A program made the translations under genes and the position numbers. From contig OY762721.1 of the NCBI GenBank assembly GCA_963666345.1, positions 2,144,001 to 2,208,000 of the forward strand: a stretch of 64,000 bases of DNA. The letters run 5' to 3'. The notes under the pieces were generated by a model. The model was given only the letters and a program-made list of their open reading frames with translations. It had not been told where the DNA came from and did not search any database. The DNA comes from Desulfatiglandales bacterium (GTDB lineage: Bacteria > Desulfobacterota > DSM-4660 > Desulfatiglandales > Desulfatiglandaceae). The number at the start of each line of letters is the position of its first letter. The stretch's first letter is position 1. This document shows positions 52,323 through 61,219 of the stretch, piece by piece.

Positions 52323-53477
52323 TTGAAAAAGGTACTCAAGGGCAATTACGCTGTGGCCGAGGCAGTGAAATTGTGCAGGGTAAGGGTGATCTCCGCATAT
52401 CCGATTACACCTCAGACCACTATAGTTGAGAAGCTTTCTGAGATGTGTGCCGGTGGAGAGCTGGATGGAAAATTCATAAAAGTCGAAAGTGAACATTCTG
52501 CCATGGCAGCTGTCGTGGGCTCTGCTTCCGCAGGTGTTCGATCCTTTACCGCCACAAGCAGTCAGGGCCTGTTGCTCATGCATGAGGTCCTTCACTGGGC
52601 GGCCGGTGCCAGGCTGCCAATAGTTATGGCCAATGTAAACAGGGCGGTAGGCGCCGGATGGAACATCTGGGCTGATCAGACAGATTCATTTTCACAGCGC
52701 GACACCGGATGGATACAGTTTTACTGCGAATCAAACCAGGAGGTCCTGGACAGCGTTATAATGTCTTATCGTCTTGCCGAAAAGTTGTCTCTTCCTGTCA
52801 TGCTTACATATGATGCCTTTTTTCTGAGCCATACCTCCGAGATTGTAGAAATCCCTGAGCAGGAAAAGGTTGACGCCTTTCTGCCCGCCTGGCAGCCTTC
52901 GGTAAAGATCGATATCGATGACCCGAGGATGTTCGGCGGCATAGTAGGTCCTGAGTACTATTATGAAGGCCGCTATGTGATGCACATAGATTCTCTGAAG
53001 GCCCTGGATCTATATCCAAAAATTTGTTCCCGATACCGGGATGTATTTGGAAGGAGCTACGATATTGTAGAGGAATACAGGTGTGAAGACGCTGAAAACA
53101 TAGTTGTAACCCTCGGAACAATAACCTCAGTTGCAAGGATTACCGTCGACAGGCTGAGAGAGAGGGGAGAAAGTGTGGGGCTTATGAAGGTTCGAATGTT
53201 CAGGCCGGTACCTGTCGAACGTTGGCGGGCGGTTCTGGCCAGGGCAGTAAGGGTGATTGTAATAGACCGGGATCTGATTGCCGGGGCGGGGGGTGTTCTT
53301 TCTATGGAGGTAAAGGCGGTTTTAGGCGGGTTTAAAGATGATATTATGGTCTTTTCCGCCATTGCCGGTCTGGGAGGAAGAGATGTCACCCCTCAGGATG
53401 TGGAGGGCATAGTTGAATATGCCCGATTACGTGATGTCGCGGATGAAACCCCCATCTTTTGGGGTCTAAAACAATAG
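52323..53477 (+). CDS. 2-oxoacid:acceptor oxidoreductase alpha subunit
   Basis: AYPITPQT, ESEHSA, TATSSQGL, GLGGRD; TTG start after GAGGAG. Confidence 0.92.
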   Translation: MKKVLKGNYAVAEAVKLCRVRVISAYPITPQTTIVEKLSEMCAGGELDGKFIKVESEHSAMAAVVGSASAGVRSFTATSSQGLLLMHEVLHWAAGARLPIVMANVNRAVGAGWNIWADQTDSFSQRDTGWIQFYCESNQEVLDSVIMSYRLAEKLSLPVMLTYDAFFLSHTSEIVEIPEQEKVDAFLPAWQPSVKIDIDDPRMFGGIVGPEYYYEGRYVMHIDSLKALDLYPKICSRYRDVFGRSYDIVEEYRCEDAENIVVTLGTITSVARITVDRLRERGESVGLMKVRMFRPVPVERWRAVLARAVRVIVIDRDLIAGAGGVLSMEVKAVLGGFKDDIMVFSAIAGLGGRDVTPQDVEGIVEYARLRDVADETPIFWGLKQ

Positions 53478-53486
53478 GGGTATGTT

Positions 53487-54389
53487 ATGCAGAGAAAATT
53501 TGATATCTCCCGGGACATTATGACCAAAGAGGATCTGGTTCAGCCCGGGATGCTGTCGTGCCAGGGCTGTGGCGCTTCTCTGGCCATGAAACTCGCACTC
53601 AAGGGTCTCGGCAGAAGGACGGTAGTTGTGATACCCGCCTGTTGCTGGTCGATAATAATAGGCGTTTATCCCTACTCCTGCCTGAATGTCCCTGCGGTTC
53701 ATGTCCCTTTTGAGAGTGCGGCAGTGGTTGCATCCGGCATAAGGGCCGCATACGAGATCTCAGGCCTGGAGGATGTGGTGGTAATGGCCTGGGCCGGTGA
53801 CGGGGGAACCTTTGACATCGGATTTCAGGCACTGTCAGGGGCCGCCGAGAGGAACGACGATATCCTGTATGTCTGTTATGACAATGAGGCCTATATGAAT
53901 ACGGGGATTCAACGGTCCAGTGCCACGCCTATGGGTGCCTGGACTACTACCACGCCGGCCGGGTCCCTGAAAGAGGAACCGAAAAAGGATCTTGAAAAGA
54001 TAATGCTGGCGCACTCTATCCCCTACATCGCCACCGGGTCTGTTGCGTTTCCCGATGATCTTGTAAGGAAGTTTGAAAAGACCCGCACCATAAAGGGGAC
54101 CAAATTTATTCATCTGCTTTCACCCTGCCCCCCGGGTTGGCGGATAGATTCAAGCGAGTCTATTAAGGTTACCAGAATGGCCACCGAGGCGAAAATCTTT
54201 CCCATATATGAGATAGTTGAAGGCAGATATAAAATAAATATTTATCCCGGCAGAGATCTGACTGTTAACGATTATCTCTTTTCTCAGGGGCGATTCAGTA
54301 AGATGGATGAATCTACTGTAGAGGCGGTTCAGAAAAGTGCCGACAAGAAATGGGCGGAGCTTGTCGGATTTTCATGCGAAGGCGGTTAA
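53487..54389 (+). CDS. 2-oxoacid:acceptor oxidoreductase beta (TPP-binding) subunit
   Basis: CQGCG, GDGG..DIG, YDNEAYMNTG, SPCP.GW. Confidence 0.92.
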   Translation: MQRKFDISRDIMTKEDLVQPGMLSCQGCGASLAMKLALKGLGRRTVVVIPACCWSIIIGVYPYSCLNVPAVHVPFESAAVVASGIRAAYEISGLEDVVVMAWAGDGGTFDIGFQALSGAAERNDDILYVCYDNEAYMNTGIQRSSATPMGAWTTTTPAGSLKEEPKKDLEKIMLAHSIPYIATGSVAFPDDLVRKFEKTRTIKGTKFIHLLSPCPPGWRIDSSESIKVTRMATEAKIFPIYEIVEGRYKINIYPGRDLTVNDYLFSQGRFSKMDESTVEAVQKSADKKWAELVGFSCEGG

Positions 54390-54798
54390 TAACGGAAACT
54401 GCTCCCGTCTTATCTGCAAAGGCCCTGTGGGGGCATGTGATTATTTGAATCCCCCTAGCCTTGCCCCATTAAAAGGTAATCGGCCTCTCGGCCCGGGTGG
54501 TTTATCTTTTGGAACGTCAAATTTTTGTAGGGAGAGGGGCCCCGGCATTTCAAGAATTTTACAGGCCTTTTTTACCGCATCTGCTAATCATCTCGGTCCA
54601 AGATTATCAGATATCTCCAATAATCAGTGCGCAAATCTTGACCTTTCTGATTTTGTTGTGCTTAAAGGGGTTATCTGGTAAAAAGGTCAGAATGTATGCG
54701 CCCTGTAACGTACGCTACTATCTGATGTGCCAAAAATGTAATAGTGCAAAATCTATTTAACCGAATTCTCCTTTAAAAAGGATGATAGGAGGATTGAG

Positions 54799-56469
54799 AT
54801 GATAAATAAAGGGTTGACGGAAGCATTAAAGTTTAGCGGGGACAGCAAAATCAGCCAATTGCTAAAGCAGCTCCTGTCTCAAATGGAAACCCAGATGACT
54901 CAGATACGGGTCCTTAACCAGATCGGCATGGCCTTGTCTGCCGAGAAGGATATGGGCCGTTTGTTTGAGATGATTATAGACGAGGCAAGAACGCTTACAA
55001 ACGCAGATGGTGGAACCCTGTACATCATGAACGAGGAATTTACCGAACTACGGTTTGCCATAGTTCAGAATGAATCCTTGAATGTTCGTATGGGTGGTAC
55101 CGGGGGTGAGATTACCTGGGATCCTGTGAAGCTCTTAAATCCGGATGGTTCAAAGAACTATCAGAATGTAAGTGCCTATGCCGCACTGTCAGGCGAGGTA
55201 GTAAATATTTCCGATGTATATCATGCTGAAGGATTTAATTTTGAAGGAACAAGAAATTTTGATTTGAAGACAGGCTACAGGTCCAAGTCGATGCTGGTTG
55301 TTCCTATGAGGAACTACGAAAACGACGTTATAGGTGTCCTACAGATTCTGAACTGCCAGGATGCTCTTACAGGAAAGGCCATACCCTTTTCAAAAGATTA
55401 CCAGGCAATGACCGAATCCCTTGCCTCACAGGCTGCAGTGGCCTTATGCAACAAGAAGCTGCTTTCAAGTCTTGAAGATCTTTTGGATTCATTTATAACA
55501 AGTATCGCCTCGGCTATTGATGAAAAATCCCCGTACACGGGCGGGCATGTTAGGCGGGTTGTAGATATTGCCATGACAATAGCGAAAAAGATAAATGAAA
55601 CCGAAAAAGGTGTGTTTAAAGAAACGTTTTTCAGTAATGAAGAGCTTGATGAGTTGAGGCTGGCCGGGTGGCTTCATGATGTGGGCAAGATAACGACGCC
55701 TGAACATGTGGTTGACAAGGCTACAAAGCTGGAGACCGTTTATGACAGGATTGAACTGATAAAGACCCGTTTCGAAGTCCTTAAGCGGGATGCGATGATT
55801 GAATTATTGAGGGAGTCGGGAAGAAAAACAAAGGGGGAGGAAAATCCTGAGGCCCAGAAAAGGTATGAAAACAAGGTAAGAAAATTGGAGGAAGATCTCG
55901 TTTTTTTGATAAACGGCAATATAGGCAGTGAATTCATGGCGGATGAGAAGTTGGAGATACTCAAGACTATTGCGGAAAATACCTGGGAGTTATCAGGAGA
56001 AACAAAACGGATATTAAGTGATGATGAAGTTCGTAATCTCAGTATAAGAAAGGGCACCCTGAATGATGAAGAAAGAGAAATAATCAATAACCATGCGACA
56101 GTTACCTTGAAAATGCTTTCTCAACTTCCTCTTCCGAAAAAGTTCAAAAACATGCCTTATTATGCCGCCGCCCATCATGAGAGACTTGACGGCAGAGGCT
56201 ATCCAAAGGGCTTAAGGGAGGAGGAGCTTCCTCTGCAGGCCAGGATCCTTGCCCTGGCGGATGTCTTTGAGGCCCTCACCGCAAAGGACAGGCCCTATAA
56301 AAAGGGGAAAACCCTTTCCGAGGCCATGAAAATCCTGGGGTTCATGGTCAAAGACAAACATCTTGATCCGGATCTTTTTGAGCTTTTTGTGCAGGAGAAG
56401 TTCTATCTGGATTACGCGGAAAGGGAGTTGACCAGGGAGCAGATAGACACGGACTTTATTTCATTATAG
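54799..56469 (+). CDS. GAF + HD-GYP cyclic di-GMP phosphodiesterase
   Basis: GAF region (FD..TGYRSKSML..P); H..RV, LHDVGK, HHERLDG.GYP, ADVFEALT..RPYK. Confidence 0.9.
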   Translation: MINKGLTEALKFSGDSKISQLLKQLLSQMETQMTQIRVLNQIGMALSAEKDMGRLFEMIIDEARTLTNADGGTLYIMNEEFTELRFAIVQNESLNVRMGGTGGEITWDPVKLLNPDGSKNYQNVSAYAALSGEVVNISDVYHAEGFNFEGTRNFDLKTGYRSKSMLVVPMRNYENDVIGVLQILNCQDALTGKAIPFSKDYQAMTESLASQAAVALCNKKLLSSLEDLLDSFITSIASAIDEKSPYTGGHVRRVVDIAMTIAKKINETEKGVFKETFFSNEELDELRLAGWLHDVGKITTPEHVVDKATKLETVYDRIELIKTRFEVLKRDAMIELLRESGRKTKGEENPEAQKRYENKVRKLEEDLVFLINGNIGSEFMADEKLEILKTIAENTWELSGETKRILSDDEVRNLSIRKGTLNDEEREIINNHATVTLKMLSQLPLPKKFKNMPYYAAAHHERLDGRGYPKGLREEELPLQARILALADVFEALTAKDRPYKKGKTLSEAMKILGFMVKDKHLDPDLFELFVQEKFYLDYAERELTREQIDTDFISL

Positions 56470-56587
56470 AAAACCTGGTTCTTGGCGCCGGGTTGGAAAA
56501 ACGGCGCTGCCTTCATGGAATGGTAAAAGCGCCTGCCATCAATACGAAGAGTTCCGGATAAGACGTTCAGCCTCCAGCATTAAGCTT

Positions 56588-56619
56588 AAGGGCCTTTTTT
56601 TTTCATTAAAAGGGCCTTT
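56588..56619. terminator. Possible hairpin/terminator downstream of HD-GYP
   Basis: AAGGGCCTTTT...AAAAGGGCCTT imperfect inverted repeat. Confidence 0.3.
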
Positions 56620-56795
56620 CCTGATGAATAAGAAATAAGTAAAAACAAGAATTGATTTCTTTTAATTGGTAATATATATGTTTTTGCAAAGTTAACTTAC
56701 CCGGGAATTATTCTAATATATCTTAAGACGGCTGATAGTCAGACAGCCCGGATGCCTCAGGAATTTAAAGGCATGGAGTTTCGAAAGGTGTTGAT

Positions 56796-59051
56796 TTGAA
56801 AAGGGAAATTATTCTGGATGATAAGGCTCAGAGTCTTTTTGAAGAGCTTGGCGGAATCGATAGAACAGGGAATACTTCCGCCTTTCCGTCCGGAATCGGA
56901 CCATCGGATCCCTTTGCATCGGATGAACGCCAGCGTGATGATCTTAGGGTATTGATGATTGAATTCGCATACAGCTTCGCAGGCTATTTGGCAGGTGTGC
57001 GCCTGAGGGGGTCAACCCAAAGAATCAAAGAGGATGCTGACGAACCGCTGAAATATCTTATGAAGATATCGGATAAGGCGGGGCATGCACAGAAAATTAT
57101 CATACGTTACAGGGGCATGGCCGGTTTTTCTTCAGGTAAGGGAACCGAGGCATTGGATTATGCTATCTCCTTGGGGAAGCTCAGCGTGGATATACCTGTA
57201 ACAAAGACCTTGGCAGACAGAAGAGGTGTCTGTTTGTCCCATCTGCCGGGAAGGATTTCAACTGCCTTTGACAGGTTCGGTTCTCTGGATATAAATACCC
57301 TCCATATCTCTTTGGATGATAAGGGTGAAAAATCCGTTTCATCCATTAAAAAATGTATCGAGGCTGCTGGCATCTATTTTATGGCCAAAGCAGGGGGCTT
57401 GAGTCATTCAAGTCAATCTGAGGATTTTAACCCGTCTGAAATGTTGGTGTTCAATGAAAATGATCAACCTGATCCAAACCTCACAATGCTTGCGAGACTA
57501 AATCGTATAACGCCTGACAAGATGAGGGGTCTGGTAAAAAAGATGGACTCCCTTATCAAGGAGGCTGAGGATGATTCACCGCTAAAATACATGTCCTGCT
57601 TGTATGAGGCGATCTTCGCCTTTAAGGATCTGCGGAACAGACTCGTCAGGCCCCCCCTTGAAATAAACAATGTGAGATGGTTGATCGCAGACAATGATCA
57701 GTCCCTCGTCTCAAAGGAAAAGGCGAAGCTGGGACAGCTGGTTTTTCATAAATTGGGTGAAGAACCTCACAAGGTCTTTCAGGTAATAGAAAGTATTTAT
57801 GGCGATGATTTTCAAGATATAGAGGCCGATGCCCTTGATGCCAGATTGGGAAGACTCAGCGATTTTTTGAACACCATGGAGGGGGAAAACGAAAAATATG
57901 TGGAAGAAGAGCTTTTCTCCAACGTAAAAAGGCGCCTTGAACTGGTTCCCGACTCTGTCTTTGATAATATCTCTATTGACAAGTACGAAAGGCAGGCAGA
58001 TGAGAAGGATTCCATCGGTGCAAGAATCGGTTTCCAAAAAAGATTTTCCGAGATGGTATCCTTTTTCAAAAGACGCTCCGGGACCAAGAAAAAGATACGG
58101 AACATGCTGGGCAAAGGCATAACTTTTGATGAACAGGACTATGAGACGATTGCCGGAGATTTTGATATATCCTGTGAGGACGCACGTAAACTAGTTGAAT
58201 TACTAAAGGGTTGTTTTGACTCAAACGGTCGTTTTACTAGGGCATCCTTTGACCGTAACATACCCGCCTTTGCAGCTTATGAAAACAAGGTCTTTGAGTT
58301 TTTGTGGCATTATTTAAGTCAGATAATGATTCGTGAGGACAGGGTGATGTTTTTGAATTCCCTTCAGTGCCTTATCTTCAAAATGCGGCAGCGAAAAAGG
58401 GTGGAACTGTTTCTTCTTCAGGATTTTATCGGCAATCCCGATTCGGTAAGCTTTGCCGACAGAAATGCCCTGATGCTGGCCAATGTGGTGTTGCGGAAAT
58501 ACAACAAGGAGCTTCGAAACGATATCGAAATTACTCCTGAAGAGATATTGCTTGTAAGAGAGGGCCTTGATCCTGATGTTACAGAGGCCGCTTCTGGATA
58601 TATAGAAGGCCGGGAAGAGAGATTGTTGAAAAAGTTGAGGACCATTCATAGGAATTTGAAGGAATCTCTGAATAAAAGAAACGGAAATAGTGCGGGTATG
58701 CCTGTAAAATACCTCTTAAACCTGGAGAGAGAGTCCTTTATCTTTTTTTCTCTATTGGGTAATGAAACAGCAAGGAAAATTTTAAGAGGGGCACTGCTGG
58801 AGTTTGGTAACTCTGAATCAGACATATACCGTTTTGAGGGAGCCAAAAGCGAATTAAAGGGCCTCATCCAGCTCTTCCAGGTCACTGTCCGCGGATTGAT
58901 GAGATTCGCTAAAATGGAAGACAAGGCGATTTTGGAGGAATTAAGGGCAAAGGCGGAAGGCTTTCTGACCTTGGAGGCGGGGCCGATGCACAAGGATGCC
59001 CTTGCAAGGGTCATGAAATGGGTGGATGAAGCCGTATCTGCAACCGGGTGA
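56796..59051 (+). CDS. Hypothetical protein (751 aa, soluble, largely helical)
   Basis: Long ORF with TTG start after AAGGTG; ends 9 nt before folE2; no motif recognised. Confidence 0.8.
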   Translation: MKREIILDDKAQSLFEELGGIDRTGNTSAFPSGIGPSDPFASDERQRDDLRVLMIEFAYSFAGYLAGVRLRGSTQRIKEDADEPLKYLMKISDKAGHAQKIIIRYRGMAGFSSGKGTEALDYAISLGKLSVDIPVTKTLADRRGVCLSHLPGRISTAFDRFGSLDINTLHISLDDKGEKSVSSIKKCIEAAGIYFMAKAGGLSHSSQSEDFNPSEMLVFNENDQPDPNLTMLARLNRITPDKMRGLVKKMDSLIKEAEDDSPLKYMSCLYEAIFAFKDLRNRLVRPPLEINNVRWLIADNDQSLVSKEKAKLGQLVFHKLGEEPHKVFQVIESIYGDDFQDIEADALDARLGRLSDFLNTMEGENEKYVEEELFSNVKRRLELVPDSVFDNISIDKYERQADEKDSIGARIGFQKRFSEMVSFFKRRSGTKKKIRNMLGKGITFDEQDYETIAGDFDISCEDARKLVELLKGCFDSNGRFTRASFDRNIPAFAAYENKVFEFLWHYLSQIMIREDRVMFLNSLQCLIFKMRQRKRVELFLLQDFIGNPDSVSFADRNALMLANVVLRKYNKELRNDIEITPEEILLVREGLDPDVTEAASGYIEGREERLLKKLRTIHRNLKESLNKRNGNSAGMPVKYLLNLERESFIFFSLLGNETARKILRGALLEFGNSESDIYRFEGAKSELKGLIQLFQVTVRGLMRFAKMEDKAILEELRAKAEGFLTLEAGPMHKDALARVMKWVDEAVSATG

Positions 59052-59060
59052 GAGGATATT

Positions 59061-59837
59061 ATGGAGGATATTCAGAATCATAAGGATTTCAGAAATATAG
59101 ACATCGACCAGGTGGGTGTTAAGGGAATACGATATCCCATTACCGTGCTTGACAAGGATATGGGCGAGCAGCAGACGATTGCTGAAATAAACATGTATGT
59201 AAACCTTCCCCGATATTACAAAGGGACTCACATGAGTCGTTTTGTGGAGATACTGAATGAAAACAACAGGCGCATTTCTCTGCAGAATTTTTCCGATATA
59301 CTCGAGGAGATGAAAGAAAGGCTTAATGCGGAAAGTGCACACATGGAGATGACATTTCCCTTCTTCGTGAGCAAGGCGGCTCCTGTAAGCGGCATCGAAG
59401 GGCTTATGGAATACAAGTGCTCCTTTAAAGGCTCGCTTAACAACGGCACGGATCTTATAATAATGATATATGTGCCTATCTCCACTCTTTGCCCCTGCTC
59501 AAAGGAGATAAGCGATTTCGGTGCACACAACCAGAGGGGAGAGGTTAGGCTTCAGCTGAGATTTAAGCGGTTTGTGTGGATCGAGGATCTGATCAAGATC
59601 GTAGAAAATTCCGCCTCCAGTGATGTCTATTCCGTGTTGAAACGAGAGGATGAGAAGTATGTAACAGAGCATGCCTATCAAAAGCCGATGTTTGTAGAGG
59701 ATATTGTAAGAGATATAGCGGTTAAATTGAATAACGACCCCAACATAACCTGGTTTTCAGTTGAAGCTGAAAATTTTGAATCTATTCATAACCATAATGC
59801 CTATGCGTGTATTCAAAACAGCAAGGAAGAGGGATGA
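59061..59837 (+). CDS. folE2: GTP cyclohydrolase IB
   Basis: GTHMSRF, LCPCSKEIS..GAHNQR, KREDEK, FVED, ESIHNHNA. Confidence 0.95.
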   Translation: MEDIQNHKDFRNIDIDQVGVKGIRYPITVLDKDMGEQQTIAEINMYVNLPRYYKGTHMSRFVEILNENNRRISLQNFSDILEEMKERLNAESAHMEMTFPFFVSKAAPVSGIEGLMEYKCSFKGSLNNGTDLIIMIYVPISTLCPCSKEISDFGAHNQRGEVRLQLRFKRFVWIEDLIKIVENSASSDVYSVLKREDEKYVTEHAYQKPMFVEDIVRDIAVKLNNDPNITWFSVEAENFESIHNHNAYACIQNSKEEG

Positions 59838-59923
59838 AAAAGAGAGTCGATAGCTTGAAGCCTTTACATGCAGCATGAATCTGACGGAGAGTTTAATATA
59901 GAAATCTAATATCGGAGGCAACA

Positions 59924-61219
59924 ATGAATAATGATCTAAAAAAGATGTACAGAACCGTAATGGACGACAATTTTCCTGCTGAGATAAAGGTCTCTTTTGG
60001 TGAACAGGTCCTGGTCTACAGAAAGAGGTCTTGGAAGATAGCTGATCAGAGCTCTGGGGAGATTATTGAAAAGGGTCTGCGCTACGGAGAAAACCCGGGG
60101 CAGGAGGCCGCTCTTTACGAGCTTGTCAAGGGGAACCTTGTCCTGGGAGGTTGCGAGTACATATCTTCAGGAAACGGGCTGGTATCCTCAATAAGCGAGC
60201 AGGATATGTTGCAGAGTGGAAAGCACCCCGGTAAAATCAACCTGACGGATCTTGACAATGCCCTAAATATCTTGAAATACCTGAAACAGGGTCCCGCCTC
60301 GGTGATAGTAAAACACAATAACCCCTGCGGGGTTGCCTGCGGGTCATCTCTTTCAGATTCCTATTATAAGGCCAATATGGCCGACAGGATCGCAGCATTC
60401 GGAGGATGTGCGGTATTCAACCGTCCCATTGATAAGGGCACTGCGGAAATGATAGCCCGGAATTATCTTGAGGTAGTCGCGGCACCTGAATTTGAAGACG
60501 GGACCGTGGACATGCTGTCAAAAAGGGGCAATCTGAGGATTATCCGGATCAGCAAATTGGAAGATCTTTCACTATTTGAAGACACAAGATTTGTCGATTT
60601 CAAAAGCCTGATTGACGGAGGCCTCATACTTCAACAGTCGCCCCGGAACATGATAAAGACAAAGGATGACTTTGTGCTTGCAAGCACCGAGTATAAGGGG
60701 AAGGGGTTCTCTATCGAGCGCAAACCGAGTGATGACGAATATTCAGATATGCTTTTCGGCTGGCAGGTGGAGCAGGGCATTACCTCTAATTCGGTCATCT
60801 ATGTCAAAGAAGGGGTTACCGTAGGAATAGGAACGGGGGAACAGGACCGGGTCGGTGTTGCCGAAATCGCTATTTACAAGGCATATACCAAATATGCCGA
60901 TGCCTTGTGCTTCACAAAACATGGTCTTCCATACCAGGATTTACAGCTTATGGTGGATAGGGGAGAAAAGGAGCGGGCCCTTGTAGATGAAATCGACAGA
61001 GAAACAAAGGACGCAAAGGGCGGGCTGTCAGGTTCGACGATGGTATCGGATGCATTTTTCCCGTTCAGAGATGGTGTGGATGTCGCGATAAGACAGGGTA
61101 TCAGGGCGATTGTGCAGCCCGGAGGTTCCATGAGGGACTGGGATGCCATTGAGGCGTGCAATGAGGCTGATCCAAAGGTTACCATGGTATTCACCGGCCA
61201 GAGGGCCTTTAAGCACTAA
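59924..61219 (+). CDS. purH: PurH-like AICAR transformylase domain lacking the N-terminal IMP cyclohydrolase domain
   Basis: LRYGENP, VKHNNPCG, AFGG, SN, SDAFFPFRDG, QPGGS.RD, R.FKH. Confidence 0.85.
   Translation: MNNDLKKMYRTVMDDNFPAEIKVSFGEQVLVYRKRSWKIADQSSGEIIEKGLRYGENPGQEAALYELVKGNLVLGGCEYISSGNGLVSSISEQDMLQSGKHPGKINLTDLDNALNILKYLKQGPASVIVKHNNPCGVACGSSLSDSYYKANMADRIAAFGGCAVFNRPIDKGTAEMIARNYLEVVAAPEFEDGTVDMLSKRGNLRIIRISKLEDLSLFEDTRFVDFKSLIDGGLILQQSPRNMIKTKDDFVLASTEYKGKGFSIERKPSDDEYSDMLFGWQVEQGITSNSVIYVKEGVTVGIGTGEQDRVGVAEIAIYKAYTKYADALCFTKHGLPYQDLQLMVDRGEKERALVDEIDRETKDAKGGLSGSTMVSDAFFPFRDGVDVAIRQGIRAIVQPGGSMRDWDAIEACNEADPKVTMVFTGQRAFKH

Noticed and set aside
56685..56760. c-di-GMP-I riboswitch (GCAAAG...GACAGCCCGGATGCC) after the HD-GYP gene
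   Set aside because: The 5' GGCAAA-stem-GAAA-stem half is missing.
59838..59923. ZTP (pfl) riboswitch before purH-like gene
   Set aside because: Only CTGACGGA resembles it; no P2 stem or 3' CCG.CTGGGC pseudoknot partner.
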